Shown here one piece after another: positions 6,298 to 15,460 of a DNA stretch of 25,200 nucleotides. The translations under genes were made by a program, and so were the position numbers. Origin of the DNA: a virus (taxonomy: Duplodnaviria > Caudoviricetes); the IMG/VR virus record IMGVR_UViG_3300017757_000139, positions 1 to 25,200 of that record. The stretch is one strand, 5' to 3'. Under the pieces are notes generated by a model. The model saw only the letters and a list, made by a program, of their open reading frames with translations, had not been told where the DNA came from and searched no databases. Positions within the stretch are counted from its first letter, which is position 1; the number at the start of each line of letters is the position of its first letter.

Positions 6298-7632
6298 TTA
6301 TTCTTTTTCAATTTCAGTTACTTGCATATCTCCTACTTCATCATCACCTTTACCATCACCATCATCATCTCTTGTTACGATAATTTGTTCTCTATCAGTT
6401 AAGAACATATTACCTTCCTCTAGCATTGGTAAATCCTCATCTAACATTCTTCTTTGTTCGTTAATAGTAAGAACTTGTTTAGGGTCAATCTGAGTTGCAA
6501 AACTAATTGGTGGCTCATAATGAATCACTAATTCTTCAGGTAAGAAACCTAACTCTTTATATAAAACCCCTCTAATACCATTTAACAATAAATCAGAAGT
6601 ATCTTTAATTACAGTAGTCATTGCTAAATCATAAGCAATTCTAATCTCACTACCTGTATTATTCATTTTACCTGAACTAACTAAACCACTTAATGATGGT
6701 TGCCATCTATGAGCAGTTACAATGTTCTGGTCAGTTATTCTTTGTAAGTCTATCCAACTACCCTCTTGGTCATCTTTGATAATTTGAACATTAGCACTTG
6801 AAGTATCTCCATTTTTAACAATGAACATAATCTTACCATTGTTTCCATCTCCAACAAACTTCTTTTGTGCCTCTCTTACTAATTTCTTTGCTTCTTCCTC
6901 ACCCATATCTCCATTAATCTCAACGATTGCTGAAGGTTGAAATCCATTCTTGAATTTAGTGTGATTCCATTTACCAATTTCATAATCAACTGCAATATGC
7001 TCTAATGCAGCAATATAATCAGGTAAACCATAGAATTGGAATGTAGGCTCGTAATCTTTAAATTGAATAACAAATCTATTTTCACTCACTTTAGGATAAA
7101 TAGGAATGATAGATAATTTATCTTTCATACTATTGTACTTAGCCCAATCAGGATGTACATATACTTCTTTCTTGTTTTTAGACATTCTAACAGTAGTTGC
7201 ATCTATGTGATATAGATTTAGTCCACCATCATATAATACACCCTCTAAATAGGCATTTCCAAATGAATAGTAATCATCTGCTAATTTCTTAAAAACCTCT
7301 CTTAACGATTCTCCATCAGCATTTACATCTTTAATGTATTCTTTAACATCTTCATTATTCGTAACAAACTTAGCACCACTTGTAAAGATAGTCTTTTGTG
7401 CTAATACACTTCTATGAGTAGAAGATTTACGCTTTAATTCTGCTAAATACTGAGGGAATAGATTGTTAGTACCAAAAGGGATAAACTTAGTTCTTACTTT
7501 TGCTAAATCTAAAGGTTCTTCAATATGTTCAGGAATTGCTAAATTAAAAACTCCAAATTCAAAAGTATTACTCTTTTGAGTCTGAAGATTCTTTACCTGA
7601 CTTTTTCTTTTTGGTTGCTTTCTTTGGCTCAT
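6298..7632 (-). CDS. Portal protein
   Basis: 444 aa with FIPFGTNNLFPQYL, DYYSFGNAYLE, FYGLPDY, FKNGFQPSAIV and LTINEQRRML, all characteristic of HK97/PBSX-type portals. Confidence 0.9.
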   Translation of the reverse strand: MSQRKQPKRKSQVKNLQTQKSNTFEFGVFNLAIPEHIEEPLDLAKVRTKFIPFGTNNLFPQYLAELKRKSSTHRSVLAQKTIFTSGAKFVTNNEDVKEYIKDVNADGESLREVFKKLADDYYSFGNAYLEGVLYDGGLNLYHIDATTVRMSKNKKEVYVHPDWAKYNSMKDKLSIIPIYPKVSENRFVIQFKDYEPTFQFYGLPDYIAALEHIAVDYEIGKWNHTKFKNGFQPSAIVEINGDMGEEEAKKLVREAQKKFVGDGNNGKIMFIVKNGDTSSANVQIIKDDQEGSWIDLQRITDQNIVTAHRWQPSLSGLVSSGKMNNTGSEIRIAYDLAMTTVIKDTSDLLLNGIRGVLYKELGFLPEELVIHYEPPISFATQIDPKQVLTINEQRRMLDEDLPMLEEGNMFLTDREQIIVTRDDDGDGKGDDEVGDMQVTEIEKE

Positions 7633-7789
7633 CTTTTGTTTTTGTAGTTGATAATTTTTCTACTAATGTAGTCATCCCTAAATCTTCATAAGCATACGCT
7701 AACTCCTCTTGAGTTGCTGTAGCCCATTTAATTTTAAAACCATTCTTGTAACAAGTACCTGATGATGATTTTGCTTTATATTCTGCCAT
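7568..7789 (-). CDS. Small hypothetical protein with a Lys-rich tail (alternative start 7849)
   Basis: 73 aa from ATG 7789 (A-rich leader); overlaps the portal start by 65 nt. Confidence 0.6.
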   Translation of the reverse strand: MAEYKAKSSSGTCYKNGFKIKWATATQEELAYAYEDLGMTTLVEKLSTTKTKDEPKKATKKKKSGKESSDSKE

Positions 7790-7854
7790 AATTGTATATA
7801 TTTTTAAGTGTGATAAATCTACAACTTTTTTTGCATTACAATCACACATATTAT

Positions 7855-7924
7855 AAAAAAGATATTAATAGGGAAATGTTGTTAAACTTTTTACGAACAA
7901 AGTCCAACCTATTTCTATATCTTT
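7855..7924 (-). terminator. Long interrupted stem-loop with U-tract after the major tail gene
   Basis: Paired segments AAAGAUAU/AUAUCUUU, AAUAGG/CCUAUU and UUGUU/AACAA, ending in a U6 run. Confidence 0.5.
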
Positions 7925-7929
7925 AATTA

Positions 7930-8505
7930 TTATGCTCCTGCTGTTGCAGTTAATGCTGAAGTATCAACAGTTACAGTACCAGCATACTCTCTTGGTAACT
8001 CAAACTGTCTTGCCATTAAGTTAATAGTAATACCATTCTCATCTGAATAAGCAGCACCTGTACCACCCTCAAATCCACTTAAACTCAAGAAAGTCTGACT
8101 TTTTGCCTGAACATCCTCGTTAGCATACTTTGCACTAGCACCTAAAACCCACCAATTTCCATTTGTATCTAAAACCATCCCCATCATACAAGCATTTTCA
8201 AAGTTTTTTAATTCTTCAAATTTTGTTGCATCAATATTAGGAAGCATAAAAGATAAACCACACTCAAAAGAAGTTGAACCATTCTCTTTTGTTGCAGTAA
8301 TAGTCATTGCAGGTACTTCATTTTTAAATTCATAAACAAACCAAGCAGAATCACCACCTGATTGAATATTTGTAATAGTGTGTGCTGTACCTGCTCCATA
8401 AGTAACTACATCTGCAGTAGCCCATTCTCTAAGTATAATTTGAGAAATACCACCTGTTGCTTGTAAGTCAGCACATACCACTCCTAAACCTGTATCTATT
8501 GCCAT
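7930..8505 (-). CDS. Major tail (tube) protein, putative
   Basis: 191 aa, acidic and beta-rich, with motifs CADLQATGGISQI, ENGSTSFE, DTNGNWWVLG and GTGAAYSDENGITI resembling Bacteroidota siphophage tail tubes. It follows the capsid gene and has a strong A-rich leader. Confidence 0.7.
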   Translation of the reverse strand: MAIDTGLGVVCADLQATGGISQIILREWATADVVTYGAGTAHTITNIQSGGDSAWFVYEFKNEVPAMTITATKENGSTSFECGLSFMLPNIDATKFEELKNFENACMMGMVLDTNGNWWVLGASAKYANEDVQAKSQTFLSLSGFEGGTGAAYSDENGITINLMARQFELPREYAGTVTVDTSALTATAGA

Positions 8506-8534
8506 TTTTTTATTATTTTATTAGTTATTTAAAA

Positions 8535-8574
8535 GTAATTAAGAGAGGAGGACTAACCTCCCCTCTATTATTAC
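8535..8574 (-). terminator. Hairpin (terminator or stabiliser) after the major capsid gene
   Basis: AGAGGGGAGG-UUAGU-CCUCCUCUCU, a 10-bp stem (8566-8542) with a weak U tail (UAAUUACUUUU). Confidence 0.7.
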
Positions 8575-8582
8575 ATTATTGT

Positions 8583-9590
8583 TTAGTAAAAGATTCCCCA
8601 TTGAACAAGTGAAGGGTACAAGAATTGTACTCCTAACTTGAAGTAACCTCTGAAGAACATTTTTTCTTCTAAGTCATCATAAAATACTTTGAATGAACCT
8701 TCTGGGTCAGTTACATCAGAACCAATGATTAAGTTCTCAACTGCACAGTAACAAGCACCTTCTGTTCCATTAACACCTCCTCTTAAGAATAGTGCTGGGT
8801 CAGTATCTGCTAAGATAGTATCCCACTCATACATTGCTACTAATTCAACACCTCTAAATTTAACAGTTAATACACCATCTTGTTGGTTAGTAATTGCTAA
8901 ATCTGCAGAAGTACCTTCTAAGTTTGATAAGTAAGAATTGTAAGTCTTAGGAGATACAAATATTTTCTTATCTTTTGCAGGAACTTGTTGTAATGCTGCT
9001 GGAGCATTGTCATACATCTCTCTTAATAAAGAAAGTGATTCACCTGCTGTAGGTGTTGTAGGTGCTACTGCACTTTTTTCAGTTCTTGCTGCTAATACAG
9101 TTGCATCTGCACCCATTAATTTCATCCACCCATCAAGAGCAGTATAATTTGCAGTTGCGCCATCACCACCCCATGCTAATCTTACTACATCAGAAGCGAT
9201 ACCTGTTACTGCTCTGTTTACGATTGCATCAGATAATTGAGTTCCCTCAACATTCATTACATCTGCACCATTTCGGTACATTTCTTCAATATAAGTTCCA
9301 AAGAACTCATCAGTACATTGCTCTAAAGCAACTCTACATCTACCTGCAGTAATTACTTTATCATCAATATTAAATTGAGTTGAACCACTTGTTGCAGAAC
9401 AAGTTGTATAAGGTTGTACTATTTTAGTTAGAGCAGCAGAAGTGTAAACATTCATTTTATGTTTAACATTAGGAATAACTCTATAGTTACGCATAATATC
9501 ATCACTTCTAAATACTGGCTCGTAAAATATTTCGTTTAGTTGTGCACCACCATAAGTTGCTGCAATACTATTATTTGCTACATTTGCCAT
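8583..9590 (-). CDS. Major capsid protein
   Basis: 335 aa directly after the protease/scaffold gene and followed by a hairpin. It has HK97-fold-like motifs AWGGD, LDGWMK, IFVSPKTY and FRGVELV. Confidence 0.85.
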   Translation of the reverse strand: MANVANNSIAATYGGAQLNEIFYEPVFRSDDIMRNYRVIPNVKHKMNVYTSAALTKIVQPYTTCSATSGSTQFNIDDKVITAGRCRVALEQCTDEFFGTYIEEMYRNGADVMNVEGTQLSDAIVNRAVTGIASDVVRLAWGGDGATANYTALDGWMKLMGADATVLAARTEKSAVAPTTPTAGESLSLLREMYDNAPAALQQVPAKDKKIFVSPKTYNSYLSNLEGTSADLAITNQQDGVLTVKFRGVELVAMYEWDTILADTDPALFLRGGVNGTEGACYCAVENLIIGSDVTDPEGSFKVFYDDLEEKMFFRGYFKLGVQFLYPSLVQWGIFY

Positions 9591-9604
9591 TTTTATTTAT
9601 TTTT

Positions 9605-10639
9605 TTAATTATTAAATTTGTTTCTAATTCTAGAAGCCATTGCATTGTAAAAACCTGCATTAGCATCTTCTGTCTTGTTTTCAACTACTGCAGGGTCGCT
9701 TTCAGTTTCAATTTCTGTACCTTTAGCATCTGCTTTGTTGATTTTAGCGTTTAACGCTTCAACTTCTACTGTTAAAGTTTCGTTAGTTCCTTTTGAGGCA
9801 ACTAATTCTTCCTCTAACAAAGAAATTTTGTTTGATAATTCAATGTTACCAGTTTCAAACTCAGAAATCTTATTCATGATTTCATCATTATCCCCTAGAT
9901 TAACAGTTATCATAGTTTGCTCAGCAACATCTTCAGAAACCTTTACATCACCTTTTACAGTAGCAACGATTTCTTCAACTTTATTACTAAACCATTCTTT
10001 TAACTCGTTAGTCATTTTTTTGTTATTTATATTAATACTTAATTTATTCTGTATTTCTTCTTGTGTGATGTTCTTAAATTTAGAAACATCATACTTTGCA
10101 GCCACTTTAATAGAATCAGAGATAGTATCAATAAAACCTAACTCAAATGCCTCATTAGCATTTAGCCAAGTCTCTTCATCCATCATCTGAGCAAGAGCAT
10201 CATAAGATAATCCTGTCTTTTTTCTATAAATGTCTGTAAGTTCACTTGTGATTTTATCAAGAGTATCTGCAGTTTTTCTCATATCTTTTGACTCACCCAT
10301 TGTTCCACCCCAAGCGTTATGTATCATAAATAAAGAGTTTTCTGCCATTACAACCTCATCAGCACCAAGAGCAATAATAGTAGCAATACTTGCTGCTATA
10401 CCCTCAATATAAACTGTAGTCTTAGCCTCTCTCCTTTTGATTACATTATACATTGCCATACCATCAAATACATCTCCACCTAAACTGTTAATGCGTAAAT
10501 TGATAGGCATATCTTTTAATCCTTTAATGTCAGTAATGAACTCTTGTGCAGTTACACCATAAGTTCCTATTTCATCAAAGATATAAATGTCAGCAGTTTT
10601 ATCTGCCTTGTTCTTAATGTTATACCATTTCTCGTTCAT
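9605..10639 (-). CDS. ClpP-type prohead maturation protease with C-terminal scaffold domain
   Basis: Motifs INSLGGDVFDG, GIAASIA (catalytic Ser), FMIHNAW (His) and ETWLNANEAFELGFID, followed by an acidic coiled-coil C-terminus. Confidence 0.92.
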   Translation of the reverse strand: MNEKWYNIKNKADKTADIYIFDEIGTYGVTAQEFITDIKGLKDMPINLRINSLGGDVFDGMAMYNVIKRREAKTTVYIEGIAASIATIIALGADEVVMAENSLFMIHNAWGGTMGESKDMRKTADTLDKITSELTDIYRKKTGLSYDALAQMMDEETWLNANEAFELGFIDTISDSIKVAAKYDVSKFKNITQEEIQNKLSININNKKMTNELKEWFSNKVEEIVATVKGDVKVSEDVAEQTMITVNLGDNDEIMNKISEFETGNIELSNKISLLEEELVASKGTNETLTVEVEALNAKINKADAKGTEIETESDPAVVENKTEDANAGFYNAMASRIRNKFNN

Positions 10640-10643
10640 AAGT

Positions 10644-10652
10644 GCAAAAATA
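10644..10652 (-). promoter_or_regulatory. Bacteroidota -7 promoter element for the head operon
   Basis: TATTTTTG(C) lies in the intergenic gap, with only 5 nt (CACTT) between the box and ATG 10639. Confidence 0.6.
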
Positions 10653-10695
10653 GAGTTTAAAGAAATTAATTTTACCTAATTTTCTTACAAAACTT

Positions 10696-11028
10696 TTAGT
10701 ATGTTATATTATTAGATGGAATTGCTTTCTTTCTTTCCTTGTAAACTATGTTCTGTGCTTGACTTTCACTTATCTTATATTTAATAGATAAGTCCATCCA
10801 AGTGTAGGTTCTACTGCCTTTGTTTCCTACTAACATTCTATCAAAGTCAGCAATAATCATATAGTTTCTTACTCTTTTTGGCTCTATTATACCTTTCTCA
10901 ACAAGATGTCTTATCATATCCTTGCAGGTTGGTGATTGACCAAATCGCTTTTCTAATTCAACTCCACAAATATCAATGAAGTCTTTAACTACATCTACCT
11001 TATTTTGTCTTTGTTTTTTTTGAGGCAT
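10696..11028 (-). CDS. Putative HTH DNA-binding protein (Mor-like C-terminal HTH)
   Basis: The C-terminal TWMDLSIKYKISESQAQNIVYK fits an HTH. Start re-called at ATG 11028. Confidence 0.55.
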   Translation of the reverse strand: MPQKKQRQNKVDVVKDFIDICGVELEKRFGQSPTCKDMIRHLVEKGIIEPKRVRNYMIIADFDRMLVGNKGSRTYTWMDLSIKYKISESQAQNIVYKERKKAIPSNNITY

Positions 11029-11293
11029 TTTTCTTTTTAGGTGTTTGTTCAGTTTCAATCCACTCATCTACAATAGTTTCCCAAAACTTACAAACTGCTG
11101 CTCTACAAGAAGTACATTTAATGTCTTGCTTATGTTGAGGTAGTAATAAGTGCCATTCTGCAAACATTAAGTTTAACGATTCAGAGTGATAGGTAGTGAA
11201 ATTTTTCTTGTAATTCCTGTTAGTGATAACAGCATCTGTCATCATCTTTCTTTTTTTCTTACTGTAATTTTCAGCGATTTCTTTAAAATTCAT
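11000..11293 (-). CDS. Hypothetical protein with CxxC motif
   Basis: 97 aa from ATG 11293, just after the upstream stop; contains KCTSCRAAVC and a basic tail. Confidence 0.6.
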   Translation of the reverse strand: MNFKEIAENYSKKKRKMMTDAVITNRNYKKNFTTYHSESLNLMFAEWHLLLPQHKQDIKCTSCRAAVCKFWETIVDEWIETEQTPKKKNASKKTKTK

Positions 11294-11303
11294 TTGTAAA
11301 GTT

Positions 11304-11498
11304 TTACCATTTATTTTTAGGACATTTACCAAAAAACTCTTTTGTTAATGATGTCTTTGCATCTAGGAAACACTTACATTCAGCACATCTAGCACCTCTT
11401 GTTATCTTTGGTTTCTTTAGTAACATAAAGTTTCGGTAAAAACTACAACTTTTACATATATCTAATCTCTCTAACTTAGTCTTTTTATCAACAAACAT
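11304..11498 (-). CDS. Small Cys-rich putative Zn-binding protein (DUF6171-like pattern)
   Basis: Pattern RLDICKSC ... CAECKCFLDAKT ... CPKNKW. Confidence 0.7.
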   Translation of the reverse strand: MFVDKKTKLERLDICKSCSFYRNFMLLKKPKITRGARCAECKCFLDAKTSLTKEFFGKCPKNKW

Positions 11499-11518
11499 TT
11501 GTTTATTTTTTTTGATTA

Positions 11519-14239
11519 TTAAATTGTTGCCTCAGATTGTATTACACTTACTGAGTTTTGACTATCAGTAATATCTGCTTCAACTACTACTACTTTACCA
11601 GAACTTCCCATAGCACCTACCATTTGATTCTGACCTATCGCATTAAATTGTTGTTGGCTAAATGAAGGTTGGTTAAGTAGTCCACCATCTGCAAACTTAA
11701 CACCACCCCCTGCAGCGTTCATTGCTGATAATTGTTTACTAAACATTGCTGTACTTCTTTTATTTATAACAGCCTCACCACCTTCTAATTCAACAACTCT
11801 ACCACCTACTGCAAACTTCTCACCACCTTGTGCGTGTGATTTACCATGTACCATACCACCATTAGCAAACTCCTCAATCATACCACCTCTTGCTTTTTTA
11901 CTTATTCCTGCAACAGTTTGTGCTAAAATTCCTGCTATTGACAATGATGAAGTTATATTATTTGCAGATACTAATGCTGCAGCAGTTGCAATAGAAGAAC
12001 CAAATGTTGGTATAGATAGAGCAAGACCTTCTGCAGTAATTTGAGCATTTGTTCTAAGGTTTGTAACTATAACATCTTTTACTGCCATTGCTTGTTGAAT
12101 TAAGAAGATAGCCTTCGCTAAATCACTCCCTTCCTCTACAAATCCTGCTGCAATATTTAAATAACCTCTTACTGCTGCTGCTTTGGCTTCTTGAAGCCCA
12201 ACAAAAGCATCTCTCTCATCCCTCATGTTTTGAAGTTTAATACCCTGTATTCTTTGCTCTTCAGTAAGTTCTAATTGTGCGTATTGTTGTCTAAGTGCTA
12301 CTTTTTCTTCTTCAGATGTTAAAGTGTTTTGTAATTTTGCATTTATAAAATCTAACTGTACTTGTAATTTATCTTCATTGTAAAAAGTTTCTAATCCTTT
12401 TAAATATACCTCTCTTTCTTCTAAAGATTTACCCTCTGCAAGAGTTAATGATTCTGCATATTCTAATTGGAGGTTTAGCAATGCTTGGTTTCTATCCTTC
12501 ATTTCATTAATAACTACTGAACCACCACCACCACCAATATCCCCACCACCAGTCGGAGGTTTGGGGGTAGTTATTTCATCAGGCAATCCAAATTCATCTT
12601 TTAATTTTTTATATTCTTCTCCTAAATCTCCTGTGGATTTTGTTAAATCATCATATTTTTTAGTAGCAATTTCAGCCCTCTTAGCAGACGTATTTAAAGT
12701 TAATAATAATGGGTCAGCATCATCAGTATAATCACTTTGAGCAACTATTAAGGCTGTTACTGCCTTTCTTTGTTCTTCTAAAGTCATTGATGTTAAATCT
12801 AAACCTAAATTATAATCTTCATTAAGTTTTATTGCAGCCTGTGTTGCAGTTGATGATTCTTCTCTTGATTTATTAAAAGCATCTGCTGCTTCTTCTGCAA
12901 CAGCCTCCATTTCAGCCTCTTGTTTCCTTAATACTATTCTTTGTATATACTGTTCGTTTGCTAAACTTAAAGCAGTTTTTAAATCCTCATTTTTTGTTTT
13001 TTCGCTATCTAAATTTTTAAAATACTCTGGATATTTTTTTTGTAATTCTATTATTGCTAATCTTCTTTCATCTGTCCCTTCTGCTAAATTCATTGTTTGA
13101 ATTGCTAAAGCGTTCATTGCAATTCTATCCCTATTTAAAGTTTCCTCTATAGGTTCTTCTATGAATTTAGTAAAGTTATTGAATAATTTAGATGTTCCAT
13201 CAATAAAATTTTGAAATCCTTTACCGAATACAGATTCTGCAACTACAATTTGCAATCCTTGCCAAGCAGAAGTAAGTCTTTTAAACGAACCCTCTAAATT
13301 ATCGCCAACAATACGAGCCATTTCCTCTGAAGCACCATTACTTTGCTCTAGTTCAAAAGTTAAATCAGATACACTTTGACTACCATTAATCATGGTTTGA
13401 AAAGCAGCAACTTGTCTTAAATCAACCAACTTCATCATTTCAGCATTTGACAATCCTTCGGCATTTAATTGGTCTAATGCTCTTTGTAAGTCATCAGAAC
13501 TTGTTACAGTAAATCCTAAATGTTTAGACAAATCTGATGCTGGGTCTTGCATTTTTAAGAATATGTTTCTTAAAGATGTACCTGCAATAGATGCCTCAAT
13601 ACCTGCATCCGTAAGTGTACCCATAACTGCTGTAGTTGCTTCTAATGATATATTAGCACCTGCAGCAATAGGTGCAACCTTAGTCATAGAAGTTTGAAAC
13701 TTTTCTATATCTAATGCCGAACTTGTAAACGCTACACCCATGACATCTGCAACTCTTTGTGTTTCTGAAGCATCTAATCCAAAACCTCTAACTGCTGCAC
13801 CTGCTACAATCGCTGCTCTAGCCAAATCACTATCTGTTGCTGTTGCTAAATCTAAAGTTGCTTTTTGTGCTTTTAATATTTCTTTTGTAGAAAATCCTAA
13901 CTTACCAAAATTAGTTTGTAATTCTGCAACTTGTTGTGCCGTAAAGAATGTGGAACGACCTAAATCTTGTGCTGTTTGACTTAATTTAATAAAGTCTTTA
14001 TTAGAAGCACCTGTAATTGCCTTAACTTTAGCCATTTGAAATTCATAATCTCTAAATGTTCTTATTGCACTACCTATAACCTTATTAATAGTTGCAAAAG
14101 CAGCAGCAGCAGCAGCAACACCTACAGCCATCTTACCAAAACTCTTAGTACCTTTATCTGCTGACTTACCTACCTTATCTAATCCTTTCTGACCTTTTAC
14201 TACTACCTGAACTACTATTTTCTCTGTATTTGTTGCCAT
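11519..14239 (-). CDS. Tail tape measure protein (TP901-family core)
   Basis: 906 aa, Ala-rich and helical, with the TP901 core (FEFQMAKVKAITGA-like start, TFFTAQQVAE, GIEASIAGTSLR) and a C-terminal FANGGMVHGKSHAQGG ... EGGEAVIN. Confidence 0.95.
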   Translation of the reverse strand: MATNTEKIVVQVVVKGQKGLDKVGKSADKGTKSFGKMAVGVAAAAAAFATINKVIGSAIRTFRDYEFQMAKVKAITGASNKDFIKLSQTAQDLGRSTFFTAQQVAELQTNFGKLGFSTKEILKAQKATLDLATATDSDLARAAIVAGAAVRGFGLDASETQRVADVMGVAFTSSALDIEKFQTSMTKVAPIAAGANISLEATTAVMGTLTDAGIEASIAGTSLRNIFLKMQDPASDLSKHLGFTVTSSDDLQRALDQLNAEGLSNAEMMKLVDLRQVAAFQTMINGSQSVSDLTFELEQSNGASEEMARIVGDNLEGSFKRLTSAWQGLQIVVAESVFGKGFQNFIDGTSKLFNNFTKFIEEPIEETLNRDRIAMNALAIQTMNLAEGTDERRLAIIELQKKYPEYFKNLDSEKTKNEDLKTALSLANEQYIQRIVLRKQEAEMEAVAEEAADAFNKSREESSTATQAAIKLNEDYNLGLDLTSMTLEEQRKAVTALIVAQSDYTDDADPLLLTLNTSAKRAEIATKKYDDLTKSTGDLGEEYKKLKDEFGLPDEITTPKPPTGGGDIGGGGGSVVINEMKDRNQALLNLQLEYAESLTLAEGKSLEEREVYLKGLETFYNEDKLQVQLDFINAKLQNTLTSEEEKVALRQQYAQLELTEEQRIQGIKLQNMRDERDAFVGLQEAKAAAVRGYLNIAAGFVEEGSDLAKAIFLIQQAMAVKDVIVTNLRTNAQITAEGLALSIPTFGSSIATAAALVSANNITSSLSIAGILAQTVAGISKKARGGMIEEFANGGMVHGKSHAQGGEKFAVGGRVVELEGGEAVINKRSTAMFSKQLSAMNAAGGGVKFADGGLLNQPSFSQQQFNAIGQNQMVGAMGSSGKVVVVEADITDSQNSVSVIQSEATI

Positions 14240-14250
14240 ATTATTATATA

Positions 14251-14745
14251 TTAACGAACTTTTGCTTTTGTATTATTTTTAATTTTCTCTCTAATCATAC
14301 TTGCTACATCTTTACCTATAGATGGTGCTAATCTACCTGCTACTTTACTCTTAAACTTATTTGCTACATATCCTGCAAAGTTTGTTCTTCTTAAACTATT
14401 CCCCTCTGTCCAATATACATAAGGTTTACCATAGCCTTGTCTTAACATCTTAGCGTATATTCTTGTTATTGCTGCAGGAGTTGATTCTATACCTTTCTTT
14501 GCTCTAACCCAAGATGCTATTGCATTATAATTAGGAGTTTTAGCAAACTTAGGGTTATTAACTGCCTTCCAATAACTAACAGATGACATTACATTTAAAG
14601 TAGTACCTTTAACTTCATACCTCAACCCTTTACTCAATCTACCTGTAGCATTATGCTTTTGTGCAATAAGTTCTTTCTGCAAACCTACCTTTAGCATTTG
14701 ACCAACACCCTTTAACTTCTTTAATGTCTTTTTAAATTTAATCAT
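14251..14745 (-). CDS. Putative neck/tail-completion protein (HK97 gp10-like)
   Basis: Very basic 164 aa with ATGRLSKGL (xTGxLxxS-like motif) and a PNYNAIASWVRAK segment. Confidence 0.5.
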   Translation of the reverse strand: MIKFKKTLKKLKGVGQMLKVGLQKELIAQKHNATGRLSKGLRYEVKGTTLNVMSSVSYWKAVNNPKFAKTPNYNAIASWVRAKKGIESTPAAITRIYAKMLRQGYGKPYVYWTEGNSLRRTNFAGYVANKFKSKVAGRLAPSIGKDVASMIREKIKNNTKAKVR

Positions 14746-15457
14746 CAGAAAGTATATTACCTGAGTTTCTTCTTAATACCTTATGGTCATTACCAAACTT
14801 ATCAGTAGCATAAACAGGCACTAAGTATTCTTGCTTTTCTTTTATTGATATACTTGTTATTGCTACATTAACTGAAGATGTTTCATTTGTTGTGAAATAT
14901 ATCTGAATAATATCATTAGCAGTTTGAGCAGTAAATGTTGAGGTGATAATATTGGTAGAAGTATTGCTAACAGGATAATCTATTCTATTGGTACTTATTT
15001 GTGTATAAGCACCAGTATTAGGTCTATATGTATCTACATAAATACTACCTGAACTTGCACTAATAGCAGTTTTAATTTCTACTTGATATTCATTACCTGA
15101 AATTAAAGATAGTTTCTGATATATACCACTATATGATTGCAATCCACCTGTTTTCTGTCCAGAAAATATAAAAAAACCAGCAGCACTTGTAGGTGCTGAT
15201 ACTGATGTGTATGGTGCGCCACTTGTGTGATACCTATACCACCTTCCAATGTCATTTGCAGGACTATTTATTAAAGCATCAGTATGTGGGTCTGCTGCTG
15301 TTGTAGCGTAATCTGTGTCTGAAGCAAGTTGAGTTATGTAAGCAGAAGCATCACCAAAATTCAAATACTCCCCATTATGAGTTGTTATACTAGAAAACAC
15401 ATCTAATCCACTTTGCTGTGCTATTCCTCTACTTGATATTTCTTTTCTGTCTGTCAT
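14738..15457 (-). CDS. Putative tail-associated protein with carbohydrate-binding-like beta-sandwich
   Basis: GIYQKLSLISGNEYQVEI ... FTAQT ... ITSISIKE resembles CBM-like jelly rolls; lies in the tail cluster. Confidence 0.5.
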   Translation of the reverse strand: MTDRKEISSRGIAQQSGLDVFSSITTHNGEYLNFGDASAYITQLASDTDYATTAADPHTDALINSPANDIGRWYRYHTSGAPYTSVSAPTSAAGFFIFSGQKTGGLQSYSGIYQKLSLISGNEYQVEIKTAISASSGSIYVDTYRPNTGAYTQISTNRIDYPVSNTSTNIITSTFTAQTANDIIQIYFTTNETSSVNVAITSISIKEKQEYLVPVYATDKFGNDHKVLRRNSGNILSDD

Positions 15458-15460
15458 ATT

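Noticed and set aside
14100-14116. (GCA)n trinucleotide run
   Set aside because: It encodes a poly-Ala stretch in the tape measure protein, which is ordinary.
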